A DNA stretch of 62,737 nucleotides from Deltaproteobacteria bacterium (GCA_016933215.1 JAFGBH010000056.1:1-62737), one strand, 5' to 3'; positions 8,825 through 19,394 are shown, counted from the stretch's first letter. The notes: generated from the letters alone by a model not told the origin. Translations and numbers: made by a program.

Positions 8825-10120
8825 ATGGAGAACAAAGTCAATGCCGATGGGTACCTGATATCCAAGAGATATTCGTACTATGTATTTTTTCTGCTCTTTC
8901 TTCTCTATATGTTCAATTATGTGGATCGAATGGTTGTTGTTTCGATATTTCCCTTTCTTCATAATGAATGGGGAATATCGGATACGAAATGCGGCCTCCT
9001 CGTGTCTGCCGCCTACTGGGCCATTCTCATATTCTCCCTCCCATTTTCCGTTCTCATTGACCGGTGGAGCAGGAGGAAGGCAATCGGAATTATGGCCGTC
9101 CTGTGGAGTGCCGCCACGGCACTGTGCGGTGCCACGAGAAGTTTTGCTCAGCTTTTCACAGCCAGGGCCGTTATAGGAATTGGTGAGGCCGGTTTTGCCC
9201 CCGGCGGTACAGCGATGATATCGGCAATTTTCCCGGAGGAAAAGAGAGCCCAGATTATGGGGTTCTGGAATGCCTCCATTCCCCTGGGGAGTGCCCTCGG
9301 GATTGCCCTTGGTGCCATAATAGCGGAACATTTTGGGTGGCGATATGCCTTCTTGGCCGTTGCGATACCCGGTCTTATTGCCGGTTTGGTATTCTTCCGT
9401 ATAAAGGATTATAAGACCGTTGATCTTTCAAAGACCATAAGGGGAGCCGATAGTGAAGATAAGAAAAAGATGAAGATGGCTGATATCGTAAGGGAATTTA
9501 CAGGGACACCATCTCTTATCCTTACTTATCTCGCCTTCGCGGGAAACCTTTTTGTGACCACATCACTTATGAGCTGGCTCCCCACTTACTTTCATCGTTC
9601 CGGGGAAATCTCCATGAGCAAAGCGGGAATGATGACCGGGGCAGTGATGGCCCTTGCCATAGTGGGTGCGCCCCTGGGAGGAGTCATCGCCGATAGATGG
9701 CAGAGAAAAAGAGGGAATGCACGACTGCTGTTCAGTTCCCTTTCTTCAACACTGACGGCACTGATATTCTTTATTGCCTTTGCCTTTTTCACTGGCAAAC
9801 TCCAGTATATGCTTTTTTTATGTGGCGGGATAAGTGCCGTTGCCTTTGTCCCCGCTGCGGCTGCCGTCACACAGGATGTGGTGCATCCGGGATTACGGGC
9901 CATATCATACAGCCTCTGCGTCATCGTCCAGCATATACTGGGAAGCTCTATAGGACCCGTTTTTGTTGGTGCCGTTTCGGACAGACATGATATCGGTACT
10001 GCCCTTACGATTGTGCCGCTCTTTTCTCTGATCGCGGGGCTGTTTTTCTTTGCAGGGTCCTTCTTCTATATGCGCGATAAGGAAAAGGTGGAGAAGGTTG
10101 CTATCACAATTGAAGAGTAA
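8825..10120 (+). CDS. MFS transporter (spinster-like)
   Basis: NYVDR, DRWSRRK motif A, GIGEAGF, about 12 TM segments. Confidence 0.9.
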   Translation: MENKVNADGYLISKRYSYYVFFLLFLLYMFNYVDRMVVVSIFPFLHNEWGISDTKCGLLVSAAYWAILIFSLPFSVLIDRWSRRKAIGIMAVLWSAATALCGATRSFAQLFTARAVIGIGEAGFAPGGTAMISAIFPEEKRAQIMGFWNASIPLGSALGIALGAIIAEHFGWRYAFLAVAIPGLIAGLVFFRIKDYKTVDLSKTIRGADSEDKKKMKMADIVREFTGTPSLILTYLAFAGNLFVTTSLMSWLPTYFHRSGEISMSKAGMMTGAVMALAIVGAPLGGVIADRWQRKRGNARLLFSSLSSTLTALIFFIAFAFFTGKLQYMLFLCGGISAVAFVPAAAAVTQDVVHPGLRAISYSLCVIVQHILGSSIGPVFVGAVSDRHDIGTALTIVPLFSLIAGLFFFAGSFFYMRDKEKVEKVAITIEE

Positions 10121-10173
10121 GCACTAAAGCTGAAAAGATCTGTGGCAGGAACACCTTTTAAGAAAGATGCCGA

Positions 10174-11694
10174 TTGTTTATGAAGATTAAAGAGAGACCA
10201 GACATTAACAGGGAAGAAGGGGATGTGGTTAAAGGGGATCCCCGTTCTTCCCTCTATAAGTTCGGATTTTTTACCGCTGCCTTCGTCCTTCTCGGAGTTA
10301 TCGCCATCCTTCCAAGTCCTGACCCGCTCGTCAAAGGGGGAGAGATGATACCTCTTGCCTGGAATGCAAAGGCCACCCTTGCACTCCTTGCAGCAGCGAT
10401 CGTGTTATGGATCACAGAGGTGATACCCTTCAGTATTACCGCGCTTATAATCATGCTTCTCATTCCTGTTTTCGGTATTGATTCCTTCAAACATGTAATC
10501 ATACTGGGATTCGGTAATCAGATCATAGCCTTTTTTATCGGCGTCCTGATACTATCCTCGGCATTTACGCGTTCGGGAATGGGGAACCGTTTGAGCGGTC
10601 TGATACTTTCAGTAATGGGGACGAAAACCAGAATGGTTATCCTGGGATTTATAATAGTTGGCACGCTTTTGTCAATGTGGGTTACCGATATGGCAGTGGC
10701 TGCGATTCTGATGCCACTCGGTGTTGCCATCCTCAGACAATCGGGGGTAAAGCCCCTGGAGAGCAACTTCGGCAAGGGCTTGATGATTTCCTGTGCCTGG
10801 GGCCCCCTCTTTGGCGGTATTGCAACCCCCTCCGGTTGCGGCCCCAATCCCCTCACGATCGGTTTTCTGAAGGGGCTTGCACATATCGATATAGATTTTA
10901 TCACCTGGATGAGCATGGGGCTTCCCGCCTCGCTTTTGATGATACCGGCGGGATGGCTTGTCATAACGAGGATTTTTCCGCCTGAAATTGAAAGAGTTCC
11001 ATTGGGAAAAGAAGAGATCAGAAAAAGACTTGACGATCTGGGGCCCCTTGGAATCAAGGAGAAATGGACACTCTCAATATTTCTTATCACAATCTCAGCA
11101 TGGATTGCCGCTCCCTTCATCAAGGATATGACGGGAGGAATGGTTGATATGCCAATGCAGGCCGTTGCGCTCTCGGGGGCGCTCTTTCTTTTTCTGCCGG
11201 GAATTGAGGTATTATCCTGGAAAGAGGCACAGGAGGACGTGGACTGGGGAGGCATAATCCTTATCTGTGCAGGGATATCTCTTGGTATGGTGGTCTACAA
11301 TACGGGTGCGGCACGATGGTTATCCTGGCTCCTTTTGGGCCCCGTTGTCCAACTGCCGGCCACTATAAGGGTCTTTGTCATTGTTCTTGGCGTAAGCCTT
11401 CTTCATCTGGCTTTTTCCAGCAACACGGTGACAGGGACAATCATTATCCCTCTTCTGATCGCGCTGGCGACTGATCTCAATATAAATCCCTGGCTGATAT
11501 GTGCACCGGCGGCATTTACCTCGTCTCTTGCTTTTATTCTTGTTACCGAGACTCCGACAAATGTCATACCCTACTCGGCGGGATATTTTGCGATCAAGGA
11601 TATGGCCAAGGCGGGAATCGTGATGACACTCGTGGCGGCATTGTGTGTCGGTATTTCGATTCTTGTCTTCGGTAATCTGTGGGGAAACTATTGA
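10174..11694 (+). CDS. DASS/SLC13 family anion:sodium symporter
   Basis: SMWVTD, GGIATPSGCGPN, FSSNT, ETPTN hairpin motifs; many TM helices. Confidence 0.88.
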   Translation: MFMKIKERPDINREEGDVVKGDPRSSLYKFGFFTAAFVLLGVIAILPSPDPLVKGGEMIPLAWNAKATLALLAAAIVLWITEVIPFSITALIIMLLIPVFGIDSFKHVIILGFGNQIIAFFIGVLILSSAFTRSGMGNRLSGLILSVMGTKTRMVILGFIIVGTLLSMWVTDMAVAAILMPLGVAILRQSGVKPLESNFGKGLMISCAWGPLFGGIATPSGCGPNPLTIGFLKGLAHIDIDFITWMSMGLPASLLMIPAGWLVITRIFPPEIERVPLGKEEIRKRLDDLGPLGIKEKWTLSIFLITISAWIAAPFIKDMTGGMVDMPMQAVALSGALFLFLPGIEVLSWKEAQEDVDWGGIILICAGISLGMVVYNTGAARWLSWLLLGPVVQLPATIRVFVIVLGVSLLHLAFSSNTVTGTIIIPLLIALATDLNINPWLICAPAAFTSSLAFILVTETPTNVIPYSAGYFAIKDMAKAGIVMTLVAALCVGISILVFGNLWGNY

Positions 11695-11841
11695 AGATCT
11701 CCGCAATCCCGTATAAGCGGGATCTCCGCTTTTGCTCCGACAGTTGCGGAGGATCTCCGATTGTAAAGGAAAATATTTGTTTTTTTATTCTCGCTTCCCC
11801 CGCCTAAAGGTAGCGGGATATGCGCTCGCTGTTCAATTCAA
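11691..11841 (-). mobile_element. Miniature IS200/IS605-like element, family A copy 1 (coordinates include the flanking TTGAA pentamer)
   Basis: Minus strand: TTGAA|TTGAACAGCGAGCGCA-hairpin-GCGAGAATAA...ATCGGAGATCCTCCGCAAC...TTGCGGAGATCTTCAA; homologous to six other copies in the window. Confidence 0.8.
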
Positions 11842-11860
11842 TGTAGCGTGGTGGTGAACT

Positions 11861-12883
11861 ATGAAAGCGGTCGTCTATGATAGCAAAAGGAAGCTCATGG
11901 TGGCAGATGTTCCGATGCCGGAGTTGAGTGATAATGAGGCCCTGGTAAAGGTGGTGAATACCGGTTTCTGCGGATCGGATCATTCACTGATTGAGAGCGG
12001 CGGTCTCGGTAATGGCACCATAATCGGGCACGAGGTAAGCGGTACCGTGGCAGATGTGGGTCGAAATGTGGATGGACCATCGGTGGGTGAAAGAGTGATG
12101 ATTCGTCCCACCTATTGCGGAGCTTGCAGGGAATGCAGACTGGGGAAGCCATATCTCTGTCAGGTAGAGAGAAGAACGATCGGTCTCGGCGATTTCCAGG
12201 GTGGATTCGCGGAATATTGTAAAGTGGACCCGCGAATGCTGATCCCGGTTCCGGTGGGCGTCGATTCACAAAATGCCGCACTTGCTGAGGCCTTTGCGGC
12301 GTCTCTTCATGGAATAGAATGCTCCGGCAAAAAGGAGGGATCGGCGCTCGTAATCGGGGGTGGATCAATAGGGCTCGCCCTGGTGAGACTTTTAAAGATT
12401 ATGGGTTTCGGACCGATTGCCCTTTCGGAACCGGTGGAAAAAAAGAGAGTGATCGCAGGCCTCTATGGTGCAGATGCGGTCATCGATCCTTTTCATGAAA
12501 ATCTGATAGTGCGCGCAATGGATGAGACGGGAGGAAAGGGTTTCGATTCTGTCTTTGAATGTTCCGGTGCCGTTGAATCCGTTCAGGCTGCCATCAATAC
12601 TGCGGCAGTAGGTGGTACGGTCTGTATCGTCAGTATCATCATGAAAAATATCGAGATCATTCCGCTGACGCTGAACTTCAAGGAGGTCTGGCTCACCGGG
12701 TCTTATTCAAACACGCATGAGGAAAACATCCGGTGTCTCAACTGGATGAAAGAGGGAAAGATCGATGGGCGGCCGCTGATTTCCGATTATATCGGCCTTG
12801 ACGACTTGCCGCGAGTCTATGAAGAGCGCATCGATACGGGCGAAGCAGTCAAGGTAATGATAAGAATCGGGGAAGAATTTTAG
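11861..12883 (+). CDS. Zinc-dependent alcohol dehydrogenase (MDR family)
   Basis: GFCGSD, GHE, CGACRECRLGKPYLC structural Zn site, GGGSIG. Confidence 0.92.
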   Translation: MKAVVYDSKRKLMVADVPMPELSDNEALVKVVNTGFCGSDHSLIESGGLGNGTIIGHEVSGTVADVGRNVDGPSVGERVMIRPTYCGACRECRLGKPYLCQVERRTIGLGDFQGGFAEYCKVDPRMLIPVPVGVDSQNAALAEAFAASLHGIECSGKKEGSALVIGGGSIGLALVRLLKIMGFGPIALSEPVEKKRVIAGLYGADAVIDPFHENLIVRAMDETGGKGFDSVFECSGAVESVQAAINTAAVGGTVCIVSIIMKNIEIIPLTLNFKEVWLTGSYSNTHEENIRCLNWMKEGKIDGRPLISDYIGLDDLPRVYEERIDTGEAVKVMIRIGEEF

Positions 12884-12988
12884 TTGATTGCAGTGATTAC
12901 GAAAATGAGCAGAGGAATAATACCTTCGATTGTTGATCGGAGAAGGGGCTCGTGATAAGGACTCTCGTCACAGCATAAAGAGGGCGAA

Positions 12989-13630
12989 GTGGGATTAAAA
13001 GAACGAAGAAAACGGGAAAAAGAACTCAGAAGAAAACAGATCCTCGATGCGGCGCGAGCCTTGCTTCTCAAGAGAGGAATTTCGTCGACATCGATGAATC
13101 GGATTGCTCGGGATGCAGAGCTCAGCGTCGGCACACTCTATATCTATTTTAAGAACAAGGAAGACCTCTATGCCGAACTCCAGGAAGAGGGGTTGAATCT
13201 CCTCTACGATAAAGTAAAAGAGGCAAAAGAAAGGGGGAATGACCCGCAGGATACATTAAGGGACATTGCAATTGCCTACCTCGATTTCAGCGAGGAGAAC
13301 AGGAACTACTTCGATATAATAAATTATTTTCTCTCTGCACCCGAAATAATATTTCCCCCGCACCTGAAATCGAGAATAGACCTTCAGGGCAAAAGGATTC
13401 TCTCCCTCATCGAGGAGGTTCTGGGAGATATTGATCCGGTAAGGGGAATCAGTGAAGGGCTCGTAAAACGATATGCCATCATACTATGGTCAAGTCTTCA
13501 CGGGATGCTGCAGCTGAGAAAACTCAAAAATACCATACTGAAAGACCAGGATTTCAGGGAACTGTATCTCTCAAGTGCGATGTTGACCATCAGCTCCATA
13601 ACAGCGAAAAAGGAAGATGATGTCCTCTGA
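12989..13630 (+). CDS. TetR/AcrR family transcriptional regulator
   Basis: ILDAARALL...IARDAELSVGTLYIYFKNKEDL HTH; GTG start. Confidence 0.92.
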   Translation: MGLKERRKREKELRRKQILDAARALLLKRGISSTSMNRIARDAELSVGTLYIYFKNKEDLYAELQEEGLNLLYDKVKEAKERGNDPQDTLRDIAIAYLDFSEENRNYFDIINYFLSAPEIIFPPHLKSRIDLQGKRILSLIEEVLGDIDPVRGISEGLVKRYAIILWSSLHGMLQLRKLKNTILKDQDFRELYLSSAMLTISSITAKKEDDVL

Positions 13631-13645
13631 CGAGGAGGGCTATAC

Positions 13646-14131
13646 CTAATTATTTATCTCAAGAAGATCGTCCCAGTCAAAGGTTGGAAAAGTGGTGCTC
13701 AGCGGATGATCATCATTCACGGTGTTGTAGCTGATATTCGGAAAAATTGACGTTGCTATTTTTCTAACGGGCTCTAAGGGGACAACGTCATCCTGACTTC
13801 CATGATAAGCGATAACAGGGATATCCATTTTCTTTGAAAGATAGTGTTCGAATTCCTCGAGGTCCAGTGCAGGTGCCAGGAGAATAAGCTTTTTCACTTT
13901 CCCTTCATTCTCACAGGCGTAGATGGCGGCCATTAATCCTCCGTAACTTGATCCGACCAGTATCAAATCTTTCCTGCCTGCCAGGGTATCGTTCAGTGTG
14001 TTCATTCTTTCACCAAGTGTCCCGACATAGTCTCTGACGATCATATCGGGATAGCGTTTCCTGAAGTAGGTCCCCTTGGTTCCGTCACTGCTGCTTTCCA
14101 AGCCGTGAATAAAGACTCTGGTGACACTCAT
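13646..14131 (-). CDS. Small alpha/beta hydrolase (YqiA/UPF0227-like esterase)
   Basis: FIHGLESS, GSSYGG, HGSQDDVVP, C-terminal DH. Confidence 0.8.
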   Translation of the reverse strand: MSVTRVFIHGLESSSDGTKGTYFRKRYPDMIVRDYVGTLGERMNTLNDTLAGRKDLILVGSSYGGLMAAIYACENEGKVKKLILLAPALDLEEFEHYLSKKMDIPVIAYHGSQDDVVPLEPVRKIATSIFPNISYNTVNDDHPLSTTFPTFDWDDLLEINN

Positions 14132-14259
14132 CCTGGTTTCCTTTCCATGCGGTATGTGAAAAGGTCATACTATTGATGAGAGAATTTTGCAAGGTACCAA
14201 AAAGATTGATTAGAATGTGCATAGTGTGTTAGACAGACCAAATTTGGAAAGGATTATAT

Positions 14260-15501
14260 ATGGCAGCTATAATTCCCTTCAGGGCTGTAAGACCACAAAA
14301 GAGATATGCGAAAAAGGTGGCATCCTGTCCCTATGATATTCTCACCTCTGACGAAGCACGAACAATCGCCAGAAAGAACGAGAAAAGCTTTTTGCATGTT
14401 ATAAAGTCAGAGATAGATTTGCCCGAAGATATCGATCCTTATGATGATATCGTTTATGAAACAGCCAGAAAAAAGCTTTTCAACTTTCTCAAGGAAGGAA
14501 CACTCTTTCAGGAAAAAAGAGAATGTTTCTATATCTATCAGCAGAAGATGGGGAGCCATGTGCAAAATGGAATTGTCGCCTGCATCGATACCTCCGATTA
14601 TATAGCGGGTTATATAAAAAGGCACGAACTGACAAGAACCGACAAAGAGGCAGACAGAACGAAACATATTGATACTCTCAACGCCCAGACGGGACCGGTA
14701 TTCCTTACACATAGGGCTGTGGACGCGGTTGATCGTATCGTTGGTCGTATTGTTGAGGAAAAACCGGAATATAATTTTATTGCCGATGATGGAATAGCTC
14801 ATACCGTCTGGAAAGTGGATGATGACACTGTTATATCGGATTTACAGGGGACATTTATGAAAAAGGGTACTCTCTATATCGCTGACGGTCATCATCGGGC
14901 TGCATCCGCTGTGGCTGTTGCGGGGATGCGTCGGAGGGAAAATCCGGACCATCGGGGTTATGAAGAGTATAATAGAATGATGGCAGTGATCTTTCCGCAT
15001 AACCAGCTTACAATCATGGACTATAACCGACTTGTCAGGGATTTATGCGGTATGACGGTGGAGGAATTCCTGGCGAAGGTTTCCGATGCCTTTACGCTTC
15101 TTCAAGACGTTCCAGGAAAAGCCCCCCGTCGTTTGCACGAATTCGGAATGTACCTGGACAAGAAATGGTACAGGCTGTCCGCAAAAGAGGGGAGTTATGA
15201 TGAGGGTGATGTGGTAGGAGCGCTTGATGTGTCCATTCTTCAGGATAACTTGCTGACGCCGATTCTGGGGATCGGAGACGTGAGAGCCGATGAGAGAATC
15301 GCCTTCGTCGGAGGCATCCTTGGGATGGAAAAGCTGGAGGAGATGGTGGACTCCGGAGAGTTCGCTGTGGCCTTTTCCCTTTATCCTACAACAATGGATC
15401 AATTAATGGAGGTCTCCGATGCCGGGAAAATAATGCCTCCTAAATCCACCTGGTTTGAGCCGAAACTTCGGAGCGGACTCTTTATCCATCTCCTCGATTA
15501 G
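14260..15501 (+). CDS. DUF1015 family protein
   Basis: PYDI, IKRHELTR, YIADGHHR, IMPPKSTWFEPKLRSGL. Confidence 0.9.
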   Translation: MAAIIPFRAVRPQKRYAKKVASCPYDILTSDEARTIARKNEKSFLHVIKSEIDLPEDIDPYDDIVYETARKKLFNFLKEGTLFQEKRECFYIYQQKMGSHVQNGIVACIDTSDYIAGYIKRHELTRTDKEADRTKHIDTLNAQTGPVFLTHRAVDAVDRIVGRIVEEKPEYNFIADDGIAHTVWKVDDDTVISDLQGTFMKKGTLYIADGHHRAASAVAVAGMRRRENPDHRGYEEYNRMMAVIFPHNQLTIMDYNRLVRDLCGMTVEEFLAKVSDAFTLLQDVPGKAPRRLHEFGMYLDKKWYRLSAKEGSYDEGDVVGALDVSILQDNLLTPILGIGDVRADERIAFVGGILGMEKLEEMVDSGEFAVAFSLYPTTMDQLMEVSDAGKIMPPKSTWFEPKLRSGLFIHLLD

Positions 15502-16892
15502 CTATCCGAGGGGCCTTCGGCAACGGCTTTTTGCCGTTCGAGTATTTTGAATTCCCTCTGTGTCCATCTGAGGATAATGAAAAAGACCAGAACATTCGCT
15601 ATCGGCTGGGCCATCCATACACCGTTTAATCCGAAGAAGGATGGCAAAATATAGATAAGGGGGATGAGAAAGACAAGCTGGCGGGTCAAAAGAAGCGCCA
15701 TCGACGTCATTCCCTTACCGATTCCGTTGAAGAGGTTGATCCACACTATGTTGGGTCCTACGAGGAACTGTGTGAGAACGTATATACGGAATGCCGGAAT
15801 GGCAATCGCCAGAAGTTCCGGATCTTTCGTAAATATCGAAAGAAGCGGGTAGGTAAATACCTCGATAAAAAGACAGCTTATCCCACCTAAAAGTGCCGAG
15901 AATCGAGCTGCGACGCGGATGATCTCTTTCAGTCTCTCATAGTTGCGTGCCCCGTAGTTAAATCCTACCATCGGCATCACTCCATGCCCGATGCCGAAAA
16001 GCACCATCATAAGAATGCCGTTTATTCGAAACCCGAGTCCCAGTGTCGCAATCGCGAGCGAACCGTAATTTCCGAGTACCTGATTATAGATGGTAAGGAC
16101 AAGGCTCATTGCTATGTGAATGATAAAGGTAGGAATGCCGACCTTATATATGGAGTAAATGGTAGAGAAATGGGGCATCAAATGGGAAGGCTTCAGTTTG
16201 TATTTAGAATGAGAAAAAAAGAGGAAGTAGATCGAAAGGAAAATTACTACAAACTGCGATATGACGGTCGCCAGAGCTGCTCCCTTGATTCCCATCTCGG
16301 GGAAGGGGCCCCATCCGAATATGAGAAAAGGATCGAGAACGGTATTCAGGGCGGCCGAAAAGGAAATCACATACATCGGCACATTGGGATTTCCCTCGGC
16401 CCGGAAAAGATAATCCGTCATCATCATAAACAAGAGAAAGGGCGTTCCGAAAACGACGACGGTAAGATAGTGGGCAGAGAGTGGAAGGATGGTTTCGGTG
16501 GCACCAAAAAATCGCAGAATGGGCTCGTAAAAAAAGACTCCCGAGAGAATAATCATCACACCGAAAAAAAGAGAAAGGAATATGACCTGTCCCGCCGCCC
16601 TTTGGGCTTTGCCGTCATCGCCCATCCCGAACATTCGAGATACATATGACCCGGCGCCTACTCCCGTCGCAATTCCGAGTCCCCCGAATATCATCTGAAT
16701 GGGAAAACAGATGGTCAGGGCGGCAATGGCCTCGGAGCTGATCTTAGCGATCCAGAACGTATCGATCACGTTGTAAAGAGCCATGACGAGCATCGCCACG
16801 ATTGAGGGAAGACTCATCTTAATAAGAAGAGAAACGATGGGGTCCCGGCCGAGATCAAGTCCTTTTTTGATGTTAATGTTTGTCATTCGCAA
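15498..16892 (-). CDS. MATE family efflux transporter
   Basis: YNVIDTFW, LFRAEGN, LDPFLIFG...GIKGAALAT, PMVGFNYGA. Confidence 0.92.
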   Translation of the reverse strand: MRMTNINIKKGLDLGRDPIVSLLIKMSLPSIVAMLVMALYNVIDTFWIAKISSEAIAALTICFPIQMIFGGLGIATGVGAGSYVSRMFGMGDDGKAQRAAGQVIFLSLFFGVMIILSGVFFYEPILRFFGATETILPLSAHYLTVVVFGTPFLLFMMMTDYLFRAEGNPNVPMYVISFSAALNTVLDPFLIFGWGPFPEMGIKGAALATVISQFVVIFLSIYFLFFSHSKYKLKPSHLMPHFSTIYSIYKVGIPTFIIHIAMSLVLTIYNQVLGNYGSLAIATLGLGFRINGILMMVLFGIGHGVMPMVGFNYGARNYERLKEIIRVAARFSALLGGISCLFIEVFTYPLLSIFTKDPELLAIAIPAFRIYVLTQFLVGPNIVWINLFNGIGKGMTSMALLLTRQLVFLIPLIYILPSFFGLNGVWMAQPIANVLVFFIILRWTQREFKILERQKAVAEGPSDS

Positions 16893-17028
16893 GGGTGTCT
16901 GGTTTCGTTACGTGCCACTATATAATGCCAAAGCATCTTTTATACAAACAAATTAATTTACTATGAAAGCAGTATCATGCCCTTCGGGTTGATGAAGGAC
17001 AGGGAGGCATGATAAGGAATAACAAACG

Positions 17029-17970
17029 ATGAAAAACAACCGTTATAATTTGATAGTGATACTTGGACAGACAGCGACGGGTAAAACGGCGCTTGCGGCG
17101 AGGCTCGCGCGGGATCTGGGATCAGAAATTATATCTGCAGACTCACGTCAGGTATACAGGGGCATGGATCTCGGAACGGGCAAAGACCTTGATGATTTTG
17201 TCGTTGACGGTGTCGCCGTTCCCTACCATCTCATCGATATCGTCGATCCGGATCATGAGTTCAGCGTCTTTGAATATCAGAAGCGATTTTATGAATCGTT
17301 TCTTGAAATTTCGAAACGGGGAATAGTACCCGTAATGGTTGGAGGAACGGGCCTCTATATCGAAGCGATTATAGAGGGGTACCGGATGCGTCAAGTTCCG
17401 GAAGATTTCGAATTGAGAAAGAGGCTTGAAAAAAAGGACGATGAGACCTTGCGGGCTCGCCTGCGTGAGTTGAACCCCGTTATCCATAACACGACAGACG
17501 TTCTGGACAGAAACCGTCTTCTACGGGCCCTCGAGATTGCCGAATATACGGAGACTCATCGACTTGATAAGGAAGAAGCAAGCCCGGAAATCATACCTTT
17601 TATTGTCGGTATACGGTGGGAGAGAGATGTGCTTCGTCTGAGGATCAGGGAGCGCCTCCAAAAACGGTTTGCCATGGGGATGGTGGAGGAAGTGAAGTCA
17701 CTCCATGAATCGGGAATCAGTTGGGAAAAATTAGACTTTTTTGGCCTGGAGTATCGTTACGTGAGCCTCTATCTGCAGGGTGAGATGGAATATGATGTAA
17801 TGTTTGAAAAATTGGTGACAAAAATTCGACAGTTTTCGAAGCGTCAGGGTACCTGGTTTCGGCGCATGGAAAAAAGAGGAACCTTGATTCACTGGATCGA
17901 CGGGGGCGGCTACAGAGCGCTGGAGAATCTTATATCAAAACATCTGACCATACATGACACGAAAAAATAG
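17029..17970 (+). CDS. miaA: tRNA dimethylallyltransferase
   Basis: GQTATGKT, ISADSRQVYRGMDLGTGK, VGGTGLY, FSKRQGTWFR. Confidence 0.92.
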   Translation: MKNNRYNLIVILGQTATGKTALAARLARDLGSEIISADSRQVYRGMDLGTGKDLDDFVVDGVAVPYHLIDIVDPDHEFSVFEYQKRFYESFLEISKRGIVPVMVGGTGLYIEAIIEGYRMRQVPEDFELRKRLEKKDDETLRARLRELNPVIHNTTDVLDRNRLLRALEIAEYTETHRLDKEEASPEIIPFIVGIRWERDVLRLRIRERLQKRFAMGMVEEVKSLHESGISWEKLDFFGLEYRYVSLYLQGEMEYDVMFEKLVTKIRQFSKRQGTWFRRMEKRGTLIHWIDGGGYRALENLISKHLTIHDTKK

Positions 17971-19318
17971 AACCCTTACAAAATATATTGAAAGGTATTC
18001 CGTGGGTGATAGGTGGCCCCTTGTCTGCAATGTACGGAGGAATGTGGATAATATCGTAGTCATTCCCGCCCTCGCCGAATTGTCGCATCTTTTTCGTACC
18101 CTCGAGAGCCTTTCGAAGAACCCCGTTTCCGAGCTTGCGCGAACACTCGTCATCTGTGTCGTGAACAACCGGGCCGGATCATCCGAGGAAGAGATCGACG
18201 ACAATCAAAGGACGCTCACGATAGTGCGTTCTCTCATACATGGCCGGGTAGTGGACGGGATTGAAGCGGGTCCCGTCCCGATGCCGATTATTCATACGAT
18301 AGTGAAAAGCGGGATCAAGATTGGATATGTCGATGCCTCTTCACCGGGGTGTGAAATGGACGATCGAGATGGCGGCGTTGGTCTTGCGCGGAAAATCGGT
18401 TTTGATCGTGCCCTTGAGCTTTTTGACCATGGAAAAGAGGGCGTTAAGCTCCTCTTTTCTCTCGATGCCGATACGCTGGTGAATAATAATTATCTTTCAG
18501 CGGTACGGGATTATTTTGAAAAAACAGGATCGAGAGCCGCAGTTCTCTCCTTTGAACACCAGAAAGCGATGGAGAGAAAGGAACAGGAGGCTATCTGCTG
18601 TTACGAAATGTTCCTCCGTTCCTATGTTCTCGGTCTCAGATATGCCGGGTCTCGCTATGCGCACCATTCTGTCGGGTCTATTATTGTGTGTACTGCAGAG
18701 GCCTATACAGATGTAAGGGGCATGAACAAGAGAAAGGCGGGCGAAGATTTCTACTTTCTCAACAAGCTTGCGAAGGCTCACACGATCGGTCTCGTCAATA
18801 CGACGAGGGTGTATCCATCGTCCCGTTCCTCGAATCGCGTTCCTTTCGGTACGGGAAGGAGAATCGAGGGATTTAAAAACGGTTCATCGAATGAATACCT
18901 TGCCTATAATCCGAAGACCTTTCATGTGTTAAAAGAATGGTTGCGTTTTATGTCTTCGGGCGAGTCGGAAGATATGGATAGGATACTGTCGAGGGCAAAA
19001 AAGATTCACATCGCTCTGGAGGCATTCCTTCGGGAGAATCGTTTTAATGAGGCGTGGCCGCGATTGGTGAAAAACGCGAAGACCCCGGATGTTCTTTCTG
19101 CGCACTTCCATTTATGGTTTGACGGTTTTAAGCAGTTCAAGCTTATCCGTTACCTGACGCGGAACTCATTTCCAGCGGTGAATATGTTTGAGGCCATCGA
19201 AAAATTGCTGGAGATGACGGGAGAAAAGAACCCCATTGATTGCAAAGACGGAGAAATCCCCCCGCTTTGTAATCAGGAAAAGGTACTTGATTACCTCAGG
19301 CACGTGGAATACGATTAA
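17954..19318 (+). CDS. Glycosyltransferase family 2-like protein
   Basis: VVIPALAE, GVGLARKIGFD, SLDADT (DxD), AGEDFYFL. Confidence 0.7.
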   Translation: MTRKNRTLTKYIERYSVGDRWPLVCNVRRNVDNIVVIPALAELSHLFRTLESLSKNPVSELARTLVICVVNNRAGSSEEEIDDNQRTLTIVRSLIHGRVVDGIEAGPVPMPIIHTIVKSGIKIGYVDASSPGCEMDDRDGGVGLARKIGFDRALELFDHGKEGVKLLFSLDADTLVNNNYLSAVRDYFEKTGSRAAVLSFEHQKAMERKEQEAICCYEMFLRSYVLGLRYAGSRYAHHSVGSIIVCTAEAYTDVRGMNKRKAGEDFYFLNKLAKAHTIGLVNTTRVYPSSRSSNRVPFGTGRRIEGFKNGSSNEYLAYNPKTFHVLKEWLRFMSSGESEDMDRILSRAKKIHIALEAFLRENRFNEAWPRLVKNAKTPDVLSAHFHLWFDGFKQFKLIRYLTRNSFPAVNMFEAIEKLLEMTGEKNPIDCKDGEIPPLCNQEKVLDYLRHVEYD

Positions 19319-19394
19319 TTTCATAATTGATGCGCCGTGGTCTTCGTGCTATAAAACAGCGTTTTAATAAACAGAAAACGAAAAGAAGCGATAC

